Origin: Escherichia coli
Lineage (GTDB): Bacteria > Pseudomonadota > Gammaproteobacteria > Enterobacterales > Enterobacteriaceae
NCBI RefSeq assembly: GCF_003334765.1
Contig: NZ_QOWT01000023.1
Length of the DNA stretch: 64,000 nucleotides
Direction: 5' to 3' (one strand)
Of the stretch, positions 32,438-43,409 are shown one piece after another; the first letter of the stretch is position 1, and the number at the start of each line of letters is the position of its first letter. A program made the position numbers and the translations under genes. The notes beneath the pieces were generated by a model. The model made no database searches and was not told where the DNA came from. It worked only from the letters and a program-made list of their open reading frames with translations.

Positions 32438-34096
32438 ATGATTCTTGAGCGCGTTGAAATTGTGGGTTTTCGCGGTATCAACCGTTTGTCGTTGATGCTG
32501 GAACAAAACAACGTCCTGATTGGGGAGAACGCGTGGGGTAAATCCAGCTTGCTGGACGCCTTAACTCTGCTGCTATCGCCAGAATCAGATCTCTACCATT
32601 TTGAGCGCGACGATTTCTGGTTCCCGCCGGGAGATATCAACGGGCGAGAACATCATCTGCATATTATTTTGACCTTCCGCGAATCGCTGCCAGGCCGACA
32701 TCGGGTTCGCCGTTATCGGCCGCTGGAAGCGTGCTGGACGCCATGCACCGATGGCTATCACCGTATTTTTTATCGTCTGGAAGGGGAGAGTGCGGAAGAC
32801 GGCAGCGTGATGACACTGCGCAGTTTTCTCGATAAAGACGGACATCCGATTGATGTCGAGGATATTAACGATCAGGCACGCCATCTGGTGCGTTTAATGC
32901 CGGTGCTGCGCTTGCGTGATGCCCGTTTTATGCGCCGTATTCGTAACGGCACGGTGCCAAATGTCCCTAATGTGGAAGTCACCGCGCGCCAGCTCGATTT
33001 CCTCGCCCGTGAGTTATCCTCACATCCGCAAAATCTCTCTGATGGGCAGATTCGTCAGGGACTTTCCGCAATGGTACAGCTGCTTGAGCATTATTTCTCT
33101 GAGCAGGGGGCCGGACAGGCGCGATATCGTTTAATGCGGCGGCGAGCCAGCAATGAGCAACGAAGCTGGCGCTATCTGGATATCATCAACCGGATGATTG
33201 ACCGACCTGGTGGGCGCTCGTATCGGGTTATTTTGCTCGGCCTATTTGCTACTTTGTTGCAGGCAAAAGGCACATTGCGACTGGATAAAGACGCCCGTCC
33301 ATTGTTGCTGATCGAAGATCCAGAAACCCGTTTACACCCCATTATGCTTTCAGTTGCCTGGCATCTGTTGAATCTTCTGCCATTGCAGCGCATTGCCACC
33401 ACCAACTCGGGTGAGTTGCTTTCGTTAACGCCGGTAGAGCATGTTTGCCGACTGGTACGTGAGTCCTCGCGCGTTGCCGCCTGGCGTCTGGGGCCGAGTG
33501 GCTTGAGTACCGAAGATAGCCGACGCATATCCTTTCACATTCGTTTTAACCGTCCGTCATCGCTGTTTGCACGCTGCTGGTTGCTGGTGGAAGGGGAAAC
33601 GGAAACCTGGGTTATCAATGAACTGGCGCGTCAGTGCGGACATCATTTTGATGCCGAAGGGATCAAGGTCATTGAGTTTGCCCAGTCCGGGCTAAAGCCA
33701 CTGGTTAAATTTGCCCGCCGAATGGGGATTGAATGGCATGTACTGGTCGATGGCGATGAAGCAGGGAAGAAATATGCCGCTACGGTACGCAGCCTGTTGA
33801 ATAACGATCGGGAAGCCGAACGAGAACATTTAACGGCGTTACCGGCGCTGGATATGGAACATTTTATGTATCGCCAGGGATTTTCCGATGTGTTCCACCG
33901 CATGGCGCAAATCCCGGAAAATGTACCGATGAATCTACGCAAAATTATCTCGAAAGCGATCCATCGCTCTTCCAAACCCGATCTTGCCATTGAAGTGGCA
34001 ATGGAGGCAGGACGTCGTGGTGTGGACTCCGTACCGACGCTGCTGAAAAAAATGTTCTCACGCGTGCTGTGGCTGGCGCGCGGTCGCGCGGATTAA
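32438..34096 (+). CDS. ybjD: YbjD, putative OLD-family ATP-dependent endonuclease (AAA ATPase plus Toprim-like)
   Basis: 552-aa ORF with a P-loop near the N-terminus (GENAWGKSS); position and length match K-12 ybjD. Confidence 0.85.
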   Translation: MILERVEIVGFRGINRLSLMLEQNNVLIGENAWGKSSLLDALTLLLSPESDLYHFERDDFWFPPGDINGREHHLHIILTFRESLPGRHRVRRYRPLEACWTPCTDGYHRIFYRLEGESAEDGSVMTLRSFLDKDGHPIDVEDINDQARHLVRLMPVLRLRDARFMRRIRNGTVPNVPNVEVTARQLDFLARELSSHPQNLSDGQIRQGLSAMVQLLEHYFSEQGAGQARYRLMRRRASNEQRSWRYLDIINRMIDRPGGRSYRVILLGLFATLLQAKGTLRLDKDARPLLLIEDPETRLHPIMLSVAWHLLNLLPLQRIATTNSGELLSLTPVEHVCRLVRESSRVAAWRLGPSGLSTEDSRRISFHIRFNRPSSLFARCWLLVEGETETWVINELARQCGHHFDAEGIKVIEFAQSGLKPLVKFARRMGIEWHVLVDGDEAGKKYAATVRSLLNNDREAEREHLTALPALDMEHFMYRQGFSDVFHRMAQIPENVPMNLRKIISKAIHRSSKPDLAIEVAMEAGRRGVDSVPTLLKKMFSRVLWLARGRAD

Positions 34097-35085
34097 CCGC
34101 GAAACATCGTGGCCATTTGTGGCTGAATAGCGTCGAGCATCTCATAGCGCCGACGGTATTCAGCCCGTTTTTTACTGGCGATTTCGGCAATCTCTTTTCG
34201 TGCTATCTGTGCTGGAAGGCGGTAATGGCGTTCAGCATCACATACGCCGCCAACCGATTCCCAGAAAGCGTTGTAATCAGCGTGGATCTTGCCTTCTTTA
34301 TCGCGATAACGCAGGCTGCGGTAAATATGCGTTTCATTGCTGACGGCAATAATCTGCTCTACCTGCAAACGTTGGGCAAACAGACAGGCCGCTTCCATCA
34401 CGAGGCGTTTGGGAAATAGCCCGTGGCAGGCTTTCGTCGCATTCTGGATTTCCTGATGTGGAATTTCCCATTTTGCGCCTTGCAGTCCGCCAATAAACAT
34501 CGTTCTTTTCCCCTGATATTCACACAGGGTAAACGTGATCTCTGCCAGAGGAATACCTTCGCTGTTGCGGAACAGGATTGTGCTGTCACCTTCTTTATCC
34601 ATTGAGATCATCATGGTCAGCTCAAGCGTGAACTGCTCGCCGTTTTTGCCTTCCAGCTTCGCCAGTTGCAGCCCGGGGGTATTCAAATATAAGCTGAATT
34701 CTTCCGCCGACATACATTCGCGGAGTAACGCATAATGGTAACGTAACGCCTCCAGCAATTGCTTACGGCTAAGATTCGCCGCAAGGTAAGGGCGATGCAG
34801 ACGCACAGGCAGTCGCGGCTGGCGCGTTAACAATACATTGAGATTAGGCCAGTGGGAAAGTTCGTTCATCCACTCAACGCTTAAACGCGGCATAATCAAC
34901 GAGCGCAGCAAAAATTTCTGGCGAAAACTACGGCGATGCCAGAATTTACCCGGCCGACACTGTCCACGTGCCAGACTAAGAAAAAGTGACAGGCTGCTGA
35001 GAGATTCAGATGGCGTAAAGGTCCGTTCAGTTAGCTGCGACATATTCATGAAATCAATGGTTATACATGGCGTCGATTTCACCAT
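34093..35085 (-). CDS. ybjX: YbjX (VirK/DUF535 family)
   Basis: 330-aa ORF convergent with ybjD (4-bp tail-to-tail overlap), upstream of macA. Confidence 0.85.
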   Translation of the reverse strand: MVKSTPCITIDFMNMSQLTERTFTPSESLSSLSLFLSLARGQCRPGKFWHRRSFRQKFLLRSLIMPRLSVEWMNELSHWPNLNVLLTRQPRLPVRLHRPYLAANLSRKQLLEALRYHYALLRECMSAEEFSLYLNTPGLQLAKLEGKNGEQFTLELTMMISMDKEGDSTILFRNSEGIPLAEITFTLCEYQGKRTMFIGGLQGAKWEIPHQEIQNATKACHGLFPKRLVMEAACLFAQRLQVEQIIAVSNETHIYRSLRYRDKEGKIHADYNAFWESVGGVCDAERHYRLPAQIARKEIAEIASKKRAEYRRRYEMLDAIQPQMATMFRG

Positions 35086-35199
35086 TGCGTATCTTAACCA
35101 AACATCAATAGTGTGATTACTAACGTAAATTTTAGGGTTTTGTTGATATTTCGTTGAAGTTAATGACCCGGATTGGCATATGGAGTATTCAGAAAATTT

Positions 35200-36315
35200 A
35201 TGAAAAAGCGGAAAACCGTGAAGAAGCGTTACGTTATTGCGCTGGTGATAGTCATCGCCGGACTGATTACGTTATGGAGAATTCTTAACGCACCCGTGCC
35301 GACTTATCAGACGCTGATTGTGCGCCCCGGTGATTTACAGCAAAGCGTGCTGGCGACCGGAAAGCTGGACGCGCTGCGTAAGGTTGATGTGGGCGCGCAG
35401 GTCAGCGGTCAGTTGAAAACTCTGTCGGTGGCGATTGGCGATAAAGTAAAAAAAGACCAGCTTTTAGGGGTTATTGATCCTGAACAGGCTGAAAACCAGA
35501 TTAAGGAGGTCGAAGCAACGCTGATGGAGCTACGTGCGCAGCGGCAGCAGGCGGAAGCGGAGCTGAAACTGGCGCGGGTGACGTATTCCCGTCAGCAACG
35601 TCTGGCACAAACGAAGGCTGTTTCACAGCAGGATCTCGACACCGCCGCGACGGAGATGGCTGTGAAACAGGCGCAAATTGGCACCATTGACGCGCAAATC
35701 AAGCGCAATCAGGCTTCTCTCGATACGGCTAAAACCAATCTCGATTACACTCGCATCGTTGCCCCGATGGCCGGGGAAGTCACGCAAATCACCACTCTGC
35801 AAGGCCAGACGGTGATTGCCGCACAACAAGCACCGAACATTCTGACGCTGGCAGATATGAGCACCATGCTGGTAAAAGCGCAGGTTTCTGAAGCGGATGT
35901 AATCCACCTGAAGCCGGGGCAAAAAGCCTGGTTTACGGTGCTTGGCGATCCACTGACGCGCTACGAGGGGCAAATCAAGGATGTACTACCGACGCCGGAA
36001 AAGGTTAACGACGCTATTTTCTATTACGCCCGTTTTGAAGTCCCCAACCCCAATGGTTTGCTGCGGCTGGATATGACTGCGCAAGTGCATATTCAGCTCA
36101 CCGATGTGAAAAATGTGCTGACGATCCCTCTGTCGGCGTTAGGCGATCCGGTTGGCGATAATCGTTATAAAGTCAAATTGTTGCGTAATGGTGAAACACG
36201 CGAGCGTGAAGTGACGATTGGCGCACGTAACGATACCGATGTTGAGATTGTCAAAGGGCTTGAAGCGGGCGATGAAGTGGTGATTGGTGAGGCCAAACCA
36301 GGAGCTGCACAATGA
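35200..36315 (+). CDS. macA: Macrolide efflux periplasmic adaptor MacA
   Basis: 371 aa from [21 protein letters not shown]...; membrane-fusion protein. Confidence 0.9.
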   Translation: MKKRKTVKKRYVIALVIVIAGLITLWRILNAPVPTYQTLIVRPGDLQQSVLATGKLDALRKVDVGAQVSGQLKTLSVAIGDKVKKDQLLGVIDPEQAENQIKEVEATLMELRAQRQQAEAELKLARVTYSRQQRLAQTKAVSQQDLDTAATEMAVKQAQIGTIDAQIKRNQASLDTAKTNLDYTRIVAPMAGEVTQITTLQGQTVIAAQQAPNILTLADMSTMLVKAQVSEADVIHLKPGQKAWFTVLGDPLTRYEGQIKDVLPTPEKVNDAIFYYARFEVPNPNGLLRLDMTAQVHIQLTDVKNVLTIPLSALGDPVGDNRYKVKLLRNGETREREVTIGARNDTDVEIVKGLEAGDEVVIGEAKPGAAQ

Positions 36316-38258
36316 CGCCTTTGCTCGAATTAAAGGATATTCGTCGCAGCTATCCTGCCGGTGATGAGCAGGTTGAGGTGCTGAAGGGCATCAGCCTCGA
36401 TATTTATGCGGGTGAGATGGTCGCGATTGTTGGCGCTTCGGGTTCCGGTAAATCGACCCTGATGAATATTCTCGGCTGTCTGGATAAGGCCACCAGCGGC
36501 ACCTATCGCGTCGCCGGTCAGGATGTTGCCACGCTGGACGCCGATGCGCTGGCGCAACTGCGCCGCGAGCATTTCGGCTTTATTTTCCAGCGTTACCATT
36601 TGCTTTCGCATTTAACCGCCGAGCAGAACGTTGAAGTACCCGCCGTCTATGCTGGTCTTGAGCGGAAACAGCGACTGCTTCGTGCCCAGGAGTTGCTGCA
36701 ACGGCTGGGGCTGGAAGACCGTACAGAGTATTATCCGGCACAGCTTTCGGGTGGTCAGCAACAGCGCGTCAGCATCGCGCGGGCATTGATGAACGGTGGT
36801 CAGGTAATTCTTGCCGATGAACCAACCGGCGCACTGGACAGCCATTCTGGCGAAGAGGTGATGGCGATCCTGCATCAGCTGCGCGATCGTGGGCATACGG
36901 TGATTATCGTCACCCACGATCCGCAGGTCGCTGCTCAGGCCGAGCGGGTGATCGAAATTCGCGACGGCGAAATTGTGCGCAATCCTCCCGCCATTGAAAA
37001 AGTGAATGTTACTGGCGGGACGGAACCTGTTGTCAACACGGTGTCTGGCTGGCGGCAGTTTGTCAGCGGTTTTAACGAGGCGCTGACGATGGCATGGCGG
37101 GCGCTGGCAGCGAATAAAATGCGTACTTTACTGACCATGCTGGGGATTATTATCGGTATTGCGTCGGTGGTTTCCATTGTCGTGGTGGGTGACGCCGCCA
37201 AACAAATGGTGCTGGCGGATATTCGTTCTATTGGTACGAATACTATTGATGTCTATCCCGGGAAAGATTTTGGCGATGACGATCCGCAATATCAGCAGGC
37301 GCTGAAGTACGACGACTTAATCGCCATCCAAAAACAACCGTGGGTCGCCTCAGCCACACCTGCCGTCTCGCAAAACCTGCGCCTGCGTTATAACAATGTT
37401 GATGTTGCTGCCAGTGCCAATGGCGTGAGCGGCGATTATTTTAATGTCTATGGCATGACCTTCAGTGAAGGAAACACCTTTAATCAGGAGCAGCTGAACG
37501 GTCGTGCGCAGGTCGTGGTTCTCGACAGTAATACTCGCCGCCAGCTTTTCCCCCATAAAGCAGATGTGGTTGGCGAGGTGATTCTGGTCGGCAATATGCC
37601 CGCCAGAGTCATTGGTGTGGCGGAAGAAAAACAGTCGATGTTTGGTAGCAGTAAAGTGCTGCGTGTCTGGCTACCTTACAGCACGATGTCCGGGCGAGTT
37701 ATGGGCCAGTCGTGGCTTAACTCCATTACTGTCAGGGTGAAAGAAGGATTTGACAGCGCCGAGGCGGAACAGCAACTCACGCGTTTACTTTCACTGCGCC
37801 ACGGAAAGAAGGATTTCTTTACCTGGAACATGGACGGCGTCTTGAAAACTGTTGAAAAGACCACACGTACTTTACAACTGTTTCTGACGCTGGTGGCGGT
37901 GATTTCGCTGGTGGTGGGCGGTATTGGTGTAATGAATATTATGCTGGTGTCAGTGACCGAGCGGACGCGGGAAATTGGCATTCGCATGGCTGTAGGTGCG
38001 CGAGCAAGCGATGTTTTGCAACAGTTCCTGATCGAAGCCGTACTGGTTTGCCTGGTCGGTGGCGCGTTGGGAATAACACTGTCACTGTTAATTGCTTTCA
38101 CCTTGCAGCTTTTCTTACCCGGCTGGGAGATTGGTTTTTCACCGTTGGCGCTGCTGCTGGCGTTTCTCTGCTCGACGGTCACCGGGATTTTATTTGGCTG
38201 GTTACCCGCACGAAATGCGGCACGACTGGATCCAGTAGATGCTCTGGCACGAGAGTAA
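36312..38258 (+). CDS. macB: Macrolide export ATP-binding/permease protein MacB
   Basis: 648-aa ORF: N-terminal ABC ATPase ([17 protein letters not shown]) fused to a FtsX-like permease. Confidence 0.95.
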   Translation: MTPLLELKDIRRSYPAGDEQVEVLKGISLDIYAGEMVAIVGASGSGKSTLMNILGCLDKATSGTYRVAGQDVATLDADALAQLRREHFGFIFQRYHLLSHLTAEQNVEVPAVYAGLERKQRLLRAQELLQRLGLEDRTEYYPAQLSGGQQQRVSIARALMNGGQVILADEPTGALDSHSGEEVMAILHQLRDRGHTVIIVTHDPQVAAQAERVIEIRDGEIVRNPPAIEKVNVTGGTEPVVNTVSGWRQFVSGFNEALTMAWRALAANKMRTLLTMLGIIIGIASVVSIVVVGDAAKQMVLADIRSIGTNTIDVYPGKDFGDDDPQYQQALKYDDLIAIQKQPWVASATPAVSQNLRLRYNNVDVAASANGVSGDYFNVYGMTFSEGNTFNQEQLNGRAQVVVLDSNTRRQLFPHKADVVGEVILVGNMPARVIGVAEEKQSMFGSSKVLRVWLPYSTMSGRVMGQSWLNSITVRVKEGFDSAEAEQQLTRLLSLRHGKKDFFTWNMDGVLKTVEKTTRTLQLFLTLVAVISLVVGGIGVMNIMLVSVTERTREIGIRMAVGARASDVLQQFLIEAVLVCLVGGALGITLSLLIAFTLQLFLPGWEIGFSPLALLLAFLCSTVTGILFGWLPARNAARLDPVDALARE

Positions 38259-38330
38259 TTTTTGAGATAAAAATGCCAGCCGATCGGGCTGGCATTTTGC
38301 CTTTAGGATGTACACAATGAGACAGAAGAG

Positions 38331-38555
38331 CTATGCGACTGCCGCTTCTACTTCGACGGGCACAATAACACTGGCGTGATTGCCTTTTGGCCCCTGGTGG
38401 ACATCAAACTGAACGGATTGTCCAGCTTTTAGCGTTCTGTAACCATCCATCTGAATGGTGGAATAATGAGCGAAAATATCTTCGCCGCCGCCTTCAGGGC
38501 AGATGAAACCAAACCCTTTGGCATTGTTGAACCACTTAACAGTACCCTTTTCCAT
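38331..38555 (-). CDS. cspD: Cold-shock-domain protein CspD
   Basis: 74 aa from MEKGTVKWFNNAKGFGFICPEGGGEDIFAHY... Confidence 0.95.
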   Translation of the reverse strand: MEKGTVKWFNNAKGFGFICPEGGGEDIFAHYSTIQMDGYRTLKAGQSVQFDVHQGPKGNHASVIVPVEVEAAVA

Positions 38556-38877
38556 GCTTCGACATCCTTCGCAAATCTTATACAAGTAAGATGGAATAAA
38601 CCGGGGTCAGAGAGGGGGCTGTTCAAAACCTCGCCAACTCTAGAAATACAATTTAGAGAATTAGGGCGAGCCGTCAAGCATTTGACAGGGGACAAGGGGC
38701 AGGTATGAATCAAAAATTTGAAGCAGTTAACGCTATTGACAGGAATGTGACAGATGTCGCTGATGCCAACGATAGATGATAGTTATCTATCATGTGGAGT
38801 AGATTGGTCAGGCAAATAAGCTCTTGTCAGCGGCAGGGCGTTCTGCCGATAACCGTAACCGAAGATGATAACTGACA

Positions 38878-39198
38878 ATGGGTAAAACGAACGACTGGCT
38901 GGACTTTGATCAACTGGCGGAAGAAAAAGTTCGCGACGCGCTAAAACCGCCATCTATGTATAAAGTGATATTAGTCAATGATGATTACACTCCGATGGAG
39001 TTTGTTATTGACGTGTTACAAAAATTCTTTTCTTATGATGTAGAACGTGCAACGCAATTGATGCTCGCTGTTCACTACCAGGGGAAGGCCATTTGCGGAG
39101 TCTTTACCGCCGAGGTTGCAGAAACCAAAGTGGCGATGGTGAACAAGTACGCGAGGGAGAATGAGCATCCATTGCTGTGTACGCTAGAAAAAGCCTGA
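38878..39198 (+). CDS. clpS: ClpA adaptor protein ClpS
   Basis: 106-aa [46 protein letters not shown]... Confidence 0.95.
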
Positions 39199-39228
39199 AT
39201 GCAGGCATAAAAATTGGGGGAGGTGCCT

Positions 39229-41505
39229 ATGCTCAATCAAGAACTGGAACTCAGTTTAAATATGGCTTTCGCCAGAGCGCGCGAGCACCGTCATGAGTTT
39301 ATGACCGTCGAGCACTTGTTACTGGCGCTGCTCAGTAACCCATCTGCCCGGGAGGCGCTGGAAGCGTGTTCTGTGGATTTGGTTGCGCTCCGTCAGGAAC
39401 TGGAAGCCTTTATTGAACAAACCACACCCGTTCTGCCTGCCAGTGAAGAGGAGCGCGACACACAGCCGACGCTGAGTTTTCAGCGTGTACTGCAACGTGC
39501 GGTCTTCCATGTCCAGTCCTCCGGTCGCAATGAGGTTACCGGTGCAAACGTTCTGGTCGCTATCTTTAGCGAACAGGAGTCGCAGGCGGCATATCTGTTG
39601 CGTAAACATGAAGTCAGCCGTCTCGATGTGGTGAACTTTATCTCTCATGGCACGCGTAAAGACGAGCCGACACAGTCTTCTGATCCTGGCAGCCAGCCAA
39701 ACAGCGAAGAACAAGCTGGTGGGGAGGAACGTATGGAGAATTTCACGACGAACCTGAATCAGCTTGCGCGCGTGGGCGGAATCGACCCACTGATTGGTCG
39801 TGAGAAGGAGCTGGAGCGTGCTATTCAGGTTCTCTGCCGTCGCCGTAAAAACAACCCGCTGCTGGTGGGGGAATCTGGTGTCGGTAAAACCGCGATTGCG
39901 GAAGGTCTTGCCTGGCGAATTGTTCAGGGCGATGTGCCGGAAGTGATGGCTGACTGTACGATTTACTCTCTCGATATCGGTTCTCTGTTAGCGGGCACAA
40001 AATATCGCGGCGACTTTGAAAAACGTTTTAAAGCGTTGCTCAAGCAGCTGGAGCAGGACACTAACAGCATCCTGTTTATTGATGAGATCCACACCATTAT
40101 CGGTGCGGGTGCAGCGTCTGGTGGTCAGGTCGATGCGGCTAACCTAATCAAACCGTTGCTCTCCAGCGGTAAAATTCGTGTAATTGGTTCGACAACCTAT
40201 CAGGAGTTCAGCAACATTTTCGAGAAAGACCGTGCTCTGGCGCGTCGCTTCCAGAAAATTGATATTACTGAACCGTCGATCGAAGAAACTGTTCAAATCA
40301 TCAATGGCCTGAAACCGAAGTATGAAGCGCACCACGACGTGCGTTATACCGCAAAAGCGGTGCGTGCGGCGGTAGAGCTGGCGGTGAAATACATTAACGA
40401 TCGTCATCTGCCGGATAAAGCCATTGATGTTATCGACGAAGCGGGCGCTCGCGCACGCCTGATGCCGGTAAGCAAACGCAAGAAAACCGTTAATGTGGCG
40501 GATATTGAGTCCGTGGTGGCCCGTATTGCACGCATTCCAGAGAAGAGTGTTTCTCAGAGTGATCGTGATACCCTGAAAAACCTCGGCGATCGCTTGAAAA
40601 TGCTGGTCTTCGGTCAGGATAAAGCCATTGAGGCGCTGACTGAAGCCATTAAGATGGCGCGTGCAGGTTTAGGTCACGAACATAAACCGGTTGGTTCGTT
40701 CCTGTTTGCCGGCCCTACCGGGGTCGGGAAAACAGAGGTGACGGTACAGCTTTCGAAAGCTTTGGGCATTGAGCTTCTGCGCTTTGATATGTCCGAGTAT
40801 ATGGAACGCCATACCGTCAGCCGTCTTATTGGTGCGCCTCCGGGATACGTTGGTTTTGATCAGGGCGGTTTGCTGACTGATGCGGTCATCAAGCATCCAC
40901 ATGCGGTGCTGCTGCTGGACGAAATCGAGAAAGCGCACCCGGACGTGTTCAATATTCTGTTGCAGGTGATGGATAACGGTACGCTGACCGATAACAACGG
41001 ACGCAAAGCAGACTTCCGTAACGTGGTGCTGGTGATGACCACCAACGCCGGGGTACGGGAAACTGAGCGCAAATCCATTGGTCTTATCCACCAGGATAAC
41101 AGCACCGATGCGATGGAAGAGATCAAGAAGATCTTTACACCGGAATTCCGTAACCGTCTCGACAACATTATCTGGTTTGATCATCTGTCAACCGACGTGA
41201 TCCATCAGGTGGTGGATAAATTCATCGTCGAGTTGCAGGTTCAGCTGGATCAGAAAGGTGTTTCTCTGGAAGTGAGCCAGGAAGCGCGTAACTGGCTGGC
41301 CGAGAAAGGTTACGACCGGGCAATGGGCGCTCGTCCGATGGCGCGTGTCATCCAGGACAACCTGAAAAAACCGCTCGCCAACGAACTGCTGTTTGGTTCG
41401 CTGGTGGACGGCGGTCAGGTCACCGTCGCGCTGGATAAAGAGAAAAATGAGCTGACTTACGGATTCCAGAGTGCACAAAAGCACAAGGCGGAAGCAGCGC
41501 ATTAA
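39229..41505 (+). CDS. clpA: ATP-dependent Clp protease ATP-binding subunit ClpA
   Basis: 758 aa from [20 protein letters not shown]...; two AAA+ modules ([16 protein letters not shown]). Confidence 0.95.
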   Translation: MLNQELELSLNMAFARAREHRHEFMTVEHLLLALLSNPSAREALEACSVDLVALRQELEAFIEQTTPVLPASEEERDTQPTLSFQRVLQRAVFHVQSSGRNEVTGANVLVAIFSEQESQAAYLLRKHEVSRLDVVNFISHGTRKDEPTQSSDPGSQPNSEEQAGGEERMENFTTNLNQLARVGGIDPLIGREKELERAIQVLCRRRKNNPLLVGESGVGKTAIAEGLAWRIVQGDVPEVMADCTIYSLDIGSLLAGTKYRGDFEKRFKALLKQLEQDTNSILFIDEIHTIIGAGAASGGQVDAANLIKPLLSSGKIRVIGSTTYQEFSNIFEKDRALARRFQKIDITEPSIEETVQIINGLKPKYEAHHDVRYTAKAVRAAVELAVKYINDRHLPDKAIDVIDEAGARARLMPVSKRKKTVNVADIESVVARIARIPEKSVSQSDRDTLKNLGDRLKMLVFGQDKAIEALTEAIKMARAGLGHEHKPVGSFLFAGPTGVGKTEVTVQLSKALGIELLRFDMSEYMERHTVSRLIGAPPGYVGFDQGGLLTDAVIKHPHAVLLLDEIEKAHPDVFNILLQVMDNGTLTDNNGRKADFRNVVLVMTTNAGVRETERKSIGLIHQDNSTDAMEEIKKIFTPEFRNRLDNIIWFDHLSTDVIHQVVDKFIVELQVQLDQKGVSLEVSQEARNWLAEKGYDRAMGARPMARVIQDNLKKPLANELLFGSLVDGGQVTVALDKEKNELTYGFQSAQKHKAEAAH

Positions 41506-41530
41506 TCTGATTGTTAGGTAGGTTGGTCAA

Positions 41531-41564
41531 GTCCGTAATCTCGAAAGAGGTTACGGACTTTTTG
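41531..41564 (+). terminator. Rho-independent terminator of clpA
   Basis: Hairpin GTCCGTAA-tctcgaaagagg-TTACGGAC followed by TTTTT. Confidence 0.7.
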
Positions 41565-41717
41565 TTTATGGGGTGGAGGAGGTTCAGACCCTTTTTTTAA
41601 TGATGATGGTAAGTTGTTGATAATTAGTGCTGCGGGAAGGTAAGGATAAAAAAGGGTGCTGCAGGAGAATGGGATGGTTTTGCTTTATTAACAACGGGCT
41701 AAACGTGTAGTATTTGA

Positions 41718-41805
41718 GTTCACTGCCGTACAGGCAGCTTAGAAATTCACAGGTAACATACTCCACCCGCCCACCATGTTCACTGCCGTACAGACAGATA
41801 AAATG
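41718..41805 (+). CRISPR. Orphan type I-F CRISPR mini-array (2 repeats, 1 spacer; CRISPR4-like)
   Basis: Repeat 1 (41718-41745) GTTCACTGCCGTACAGGCAGCTTAGAAA is the I-F repeat; 32-bp spacer TTCACAGGTAACATACTCCACCCGCCCACCAT (41746-41777); degenerate repeat 2 (41778-41805) GTTCACTGCCGTACAGACAGATAAAATG. No cas genes in the window. Confidence 0.8.
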
Positions 41806-41806
41806 C

Positions 41807-41837
41807 GAAAAAAAAGCTCGCACTTTCGTACGAGCTC
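41807..41837 (-). terminator. Rho-independent terminator downstream of the serW position
   Basis: Minus strand: hairpin AGCTCG-tacgaaagtg-CGAGCT followed by T8, immediately 3' of the tRNA remnant. Confidence 0.55.
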
Positions 41838-41848
41838 TTCTTTAAATA

Positions 41849-41868
41849 TGGCGGTGAGGGGGACCGCC
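41849..41868 (-). pseudogene. serW: tRNA-Ser (serW) 3'-terminal remnant / probable att core at the island boundary
   Basis: Minus strand reads GGCGGTCCCCCTCACCGCCA; the last ~14 nt (CCCCCTCACCGCCA) match the acceptor-stem 3' strand, discriminator and CCA of tRNA-Ser, but no T-arm or body follows. Confidence 0.6.
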
Positions 41869-42022
41869 TGAAATAAATCTGACTTAATCCGGGGGTGTTA
41901 TATAATTTCATTATAAACAATGTATTATACTTTTTTCTGTCCGATATTATCTAATGTATTCTTAGTGAAGCGAGAGACTAATGGCATACTGGATGGCATA
42001 CTAGAGTAACAGGAATTAGCGT

Positions 42023-43240
42023 ATGGCAGTTTTGACGGATACTAAAGCAAGGCATATCAAACCTGATGACAAACCATTGCCCCATGGGGGAATTACAGGA
42101 CTGACTCTTCATCCTTCTTCAGTAAAAGGGCGGGGTAAATGGGTTTTTCGTTATGTAAGTCCGGTGACACAAAAAAGGCGTAATGCTGGATTGGGAACTT
42201 ATCCTGAGGTCAGTATTGCTGAAGCTGCACGTGCTGCCCGGATAATGCGAGAGCAACTTGCTGCAGGTGATGACCCACTGGAGATTAAAAAGGCTGAAGC
42301 TGAAAAAGTTGTTATCCCAACATTTGCCGATGCAGCCAGGCGTGTACATGCTGAATTGTCACCGGGATGGGAAAATCCAAAGCATGTCAGGCAGTGGTTA
42401 TCGACGCTTGAAAATTACGCGTTTCCTCAACTGGGAGCAAAAACGCTGGATTCGATTACGGCTGCGGACGTGGCAGAAACACTGCGTCCAGTCTGGTTAA
42501 CCTTGTCAGAAACGGCAAGCCGGGTTAAACAGCGCATTCATGTTGTTATGCAGTGGGGATGGGCGCACGGTTTTTGTGTGGCAAACCCTGTTGATGTGGT
42601 TGGCCATTTGCTTCCTCAGCAGACAAGAGGACGTGATGAACACCAACCCGCAATGCCCTGGAGGCAGTTACCGCTTTTTGTGGCGACCAGTGTGTATACA
42701 GATGAACCTTATAATGTTACCCGGGCACTGTTATTAATGGTGATACTTACAGCAACCCGCTCGGGCGAAGCCAGGGGAATGCGCTGGGCTGAAATTGATT
42801 TTCATAAGCGGATATGGACTATACCCGCAGAAAGAATGAAAGCCAGGATACAGCATCGTGTTCCTTTATCCCGGCAGGCCATTCACATTCTGGAAAATAT
42901 ACGTGGTTTGCATGATGAACTAGTGTTTCCTTCTCCCAGAAAGCAGCAGATCCTTTCAGATATGGTGTTGACGAGTTTTCTGCGTAAAAAGAAAGCCATC
43001 AGTGATATACCGGGGCGAGTTGCCACGGCACATGGTTTTCGCTCAACATTCAGGGACTGGTGTAGTGAACAGGGGTATTCGCGGGATCTGGCGGAAAGGG
43101 CGCTCGCTCATACGCTGAAAAATAAGGTTGAGGCGGCATATCATCGTACTGATCTACTGGAGCAGCGTGTACCGATGATGCAGGCATGGGCGGATTATGT
43201 GATGTCTCAACTTGCTAAAAACACTAAGGAATTCGCTTAG
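42023..43240 (+). CDS. int: Tyrosine recombinase, P4/CP4-57-type integrase
   Basis: 405-aa ORF with the P4-integrase-like N-terminus MAVLTDTKARHIKP... and C-terminal catalytic residues (R...HGFRSTF...Y). Confidence 0.9.
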   Translation: MAVLTDTKARHIKPDDKPLPHGGITGLTLHPSSVKGRGKWVFRYVSPVTQKRRNAGLGTYPEVSIAEAARAARIMREQLAAGDDPLEIKKAEAEKVVIPTFADAARRVHAELSPGWENPKHVRQWLSTLENYAFPQLGAKTLDSITAADVAETLRPVWLTLSETASRVKQRIHVVMQWGWAHGFCVANPVDVVGHLLPQQTRGRDEHQPAMPWRQLPLFVATSVYTDEPYNVTRALLLMVILTATRSGEARGMRWAEIDFHKRIWTIPAERMKARIQHRVPLSRQAIHILENIRGLHDELVFPSPRKQQILSDMVLTSFLRKKKAISDIPGRVATAHGFRSTFRDWCSEQGYSRDLAERALAHTLKNKVEAAYHRTDLLEQRVPMMQAWADYVMSQLAKNTKEFA

Positions 43241-43409
43241 TTTCATGGACTGGCATACTCAGAGTAGCCAAATGGTTACTGCTTTCTTTTTTGAAAAATA
43301 AATGCAATGCCAGTTCGTAATGAAAACCTGGCATTGCACTCAGCTAACGATTATTCATTATTATAACGAATAATACACTTGTGATAATTTATTTTTTGTC
43401 CGATAGTAT

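Noticed and set aside
41718-41805. Functional CRISPR-Cas system
   Set aside because: Only two repeats and one spacer, with no cas genes within 64 kb; called an orphan array only.
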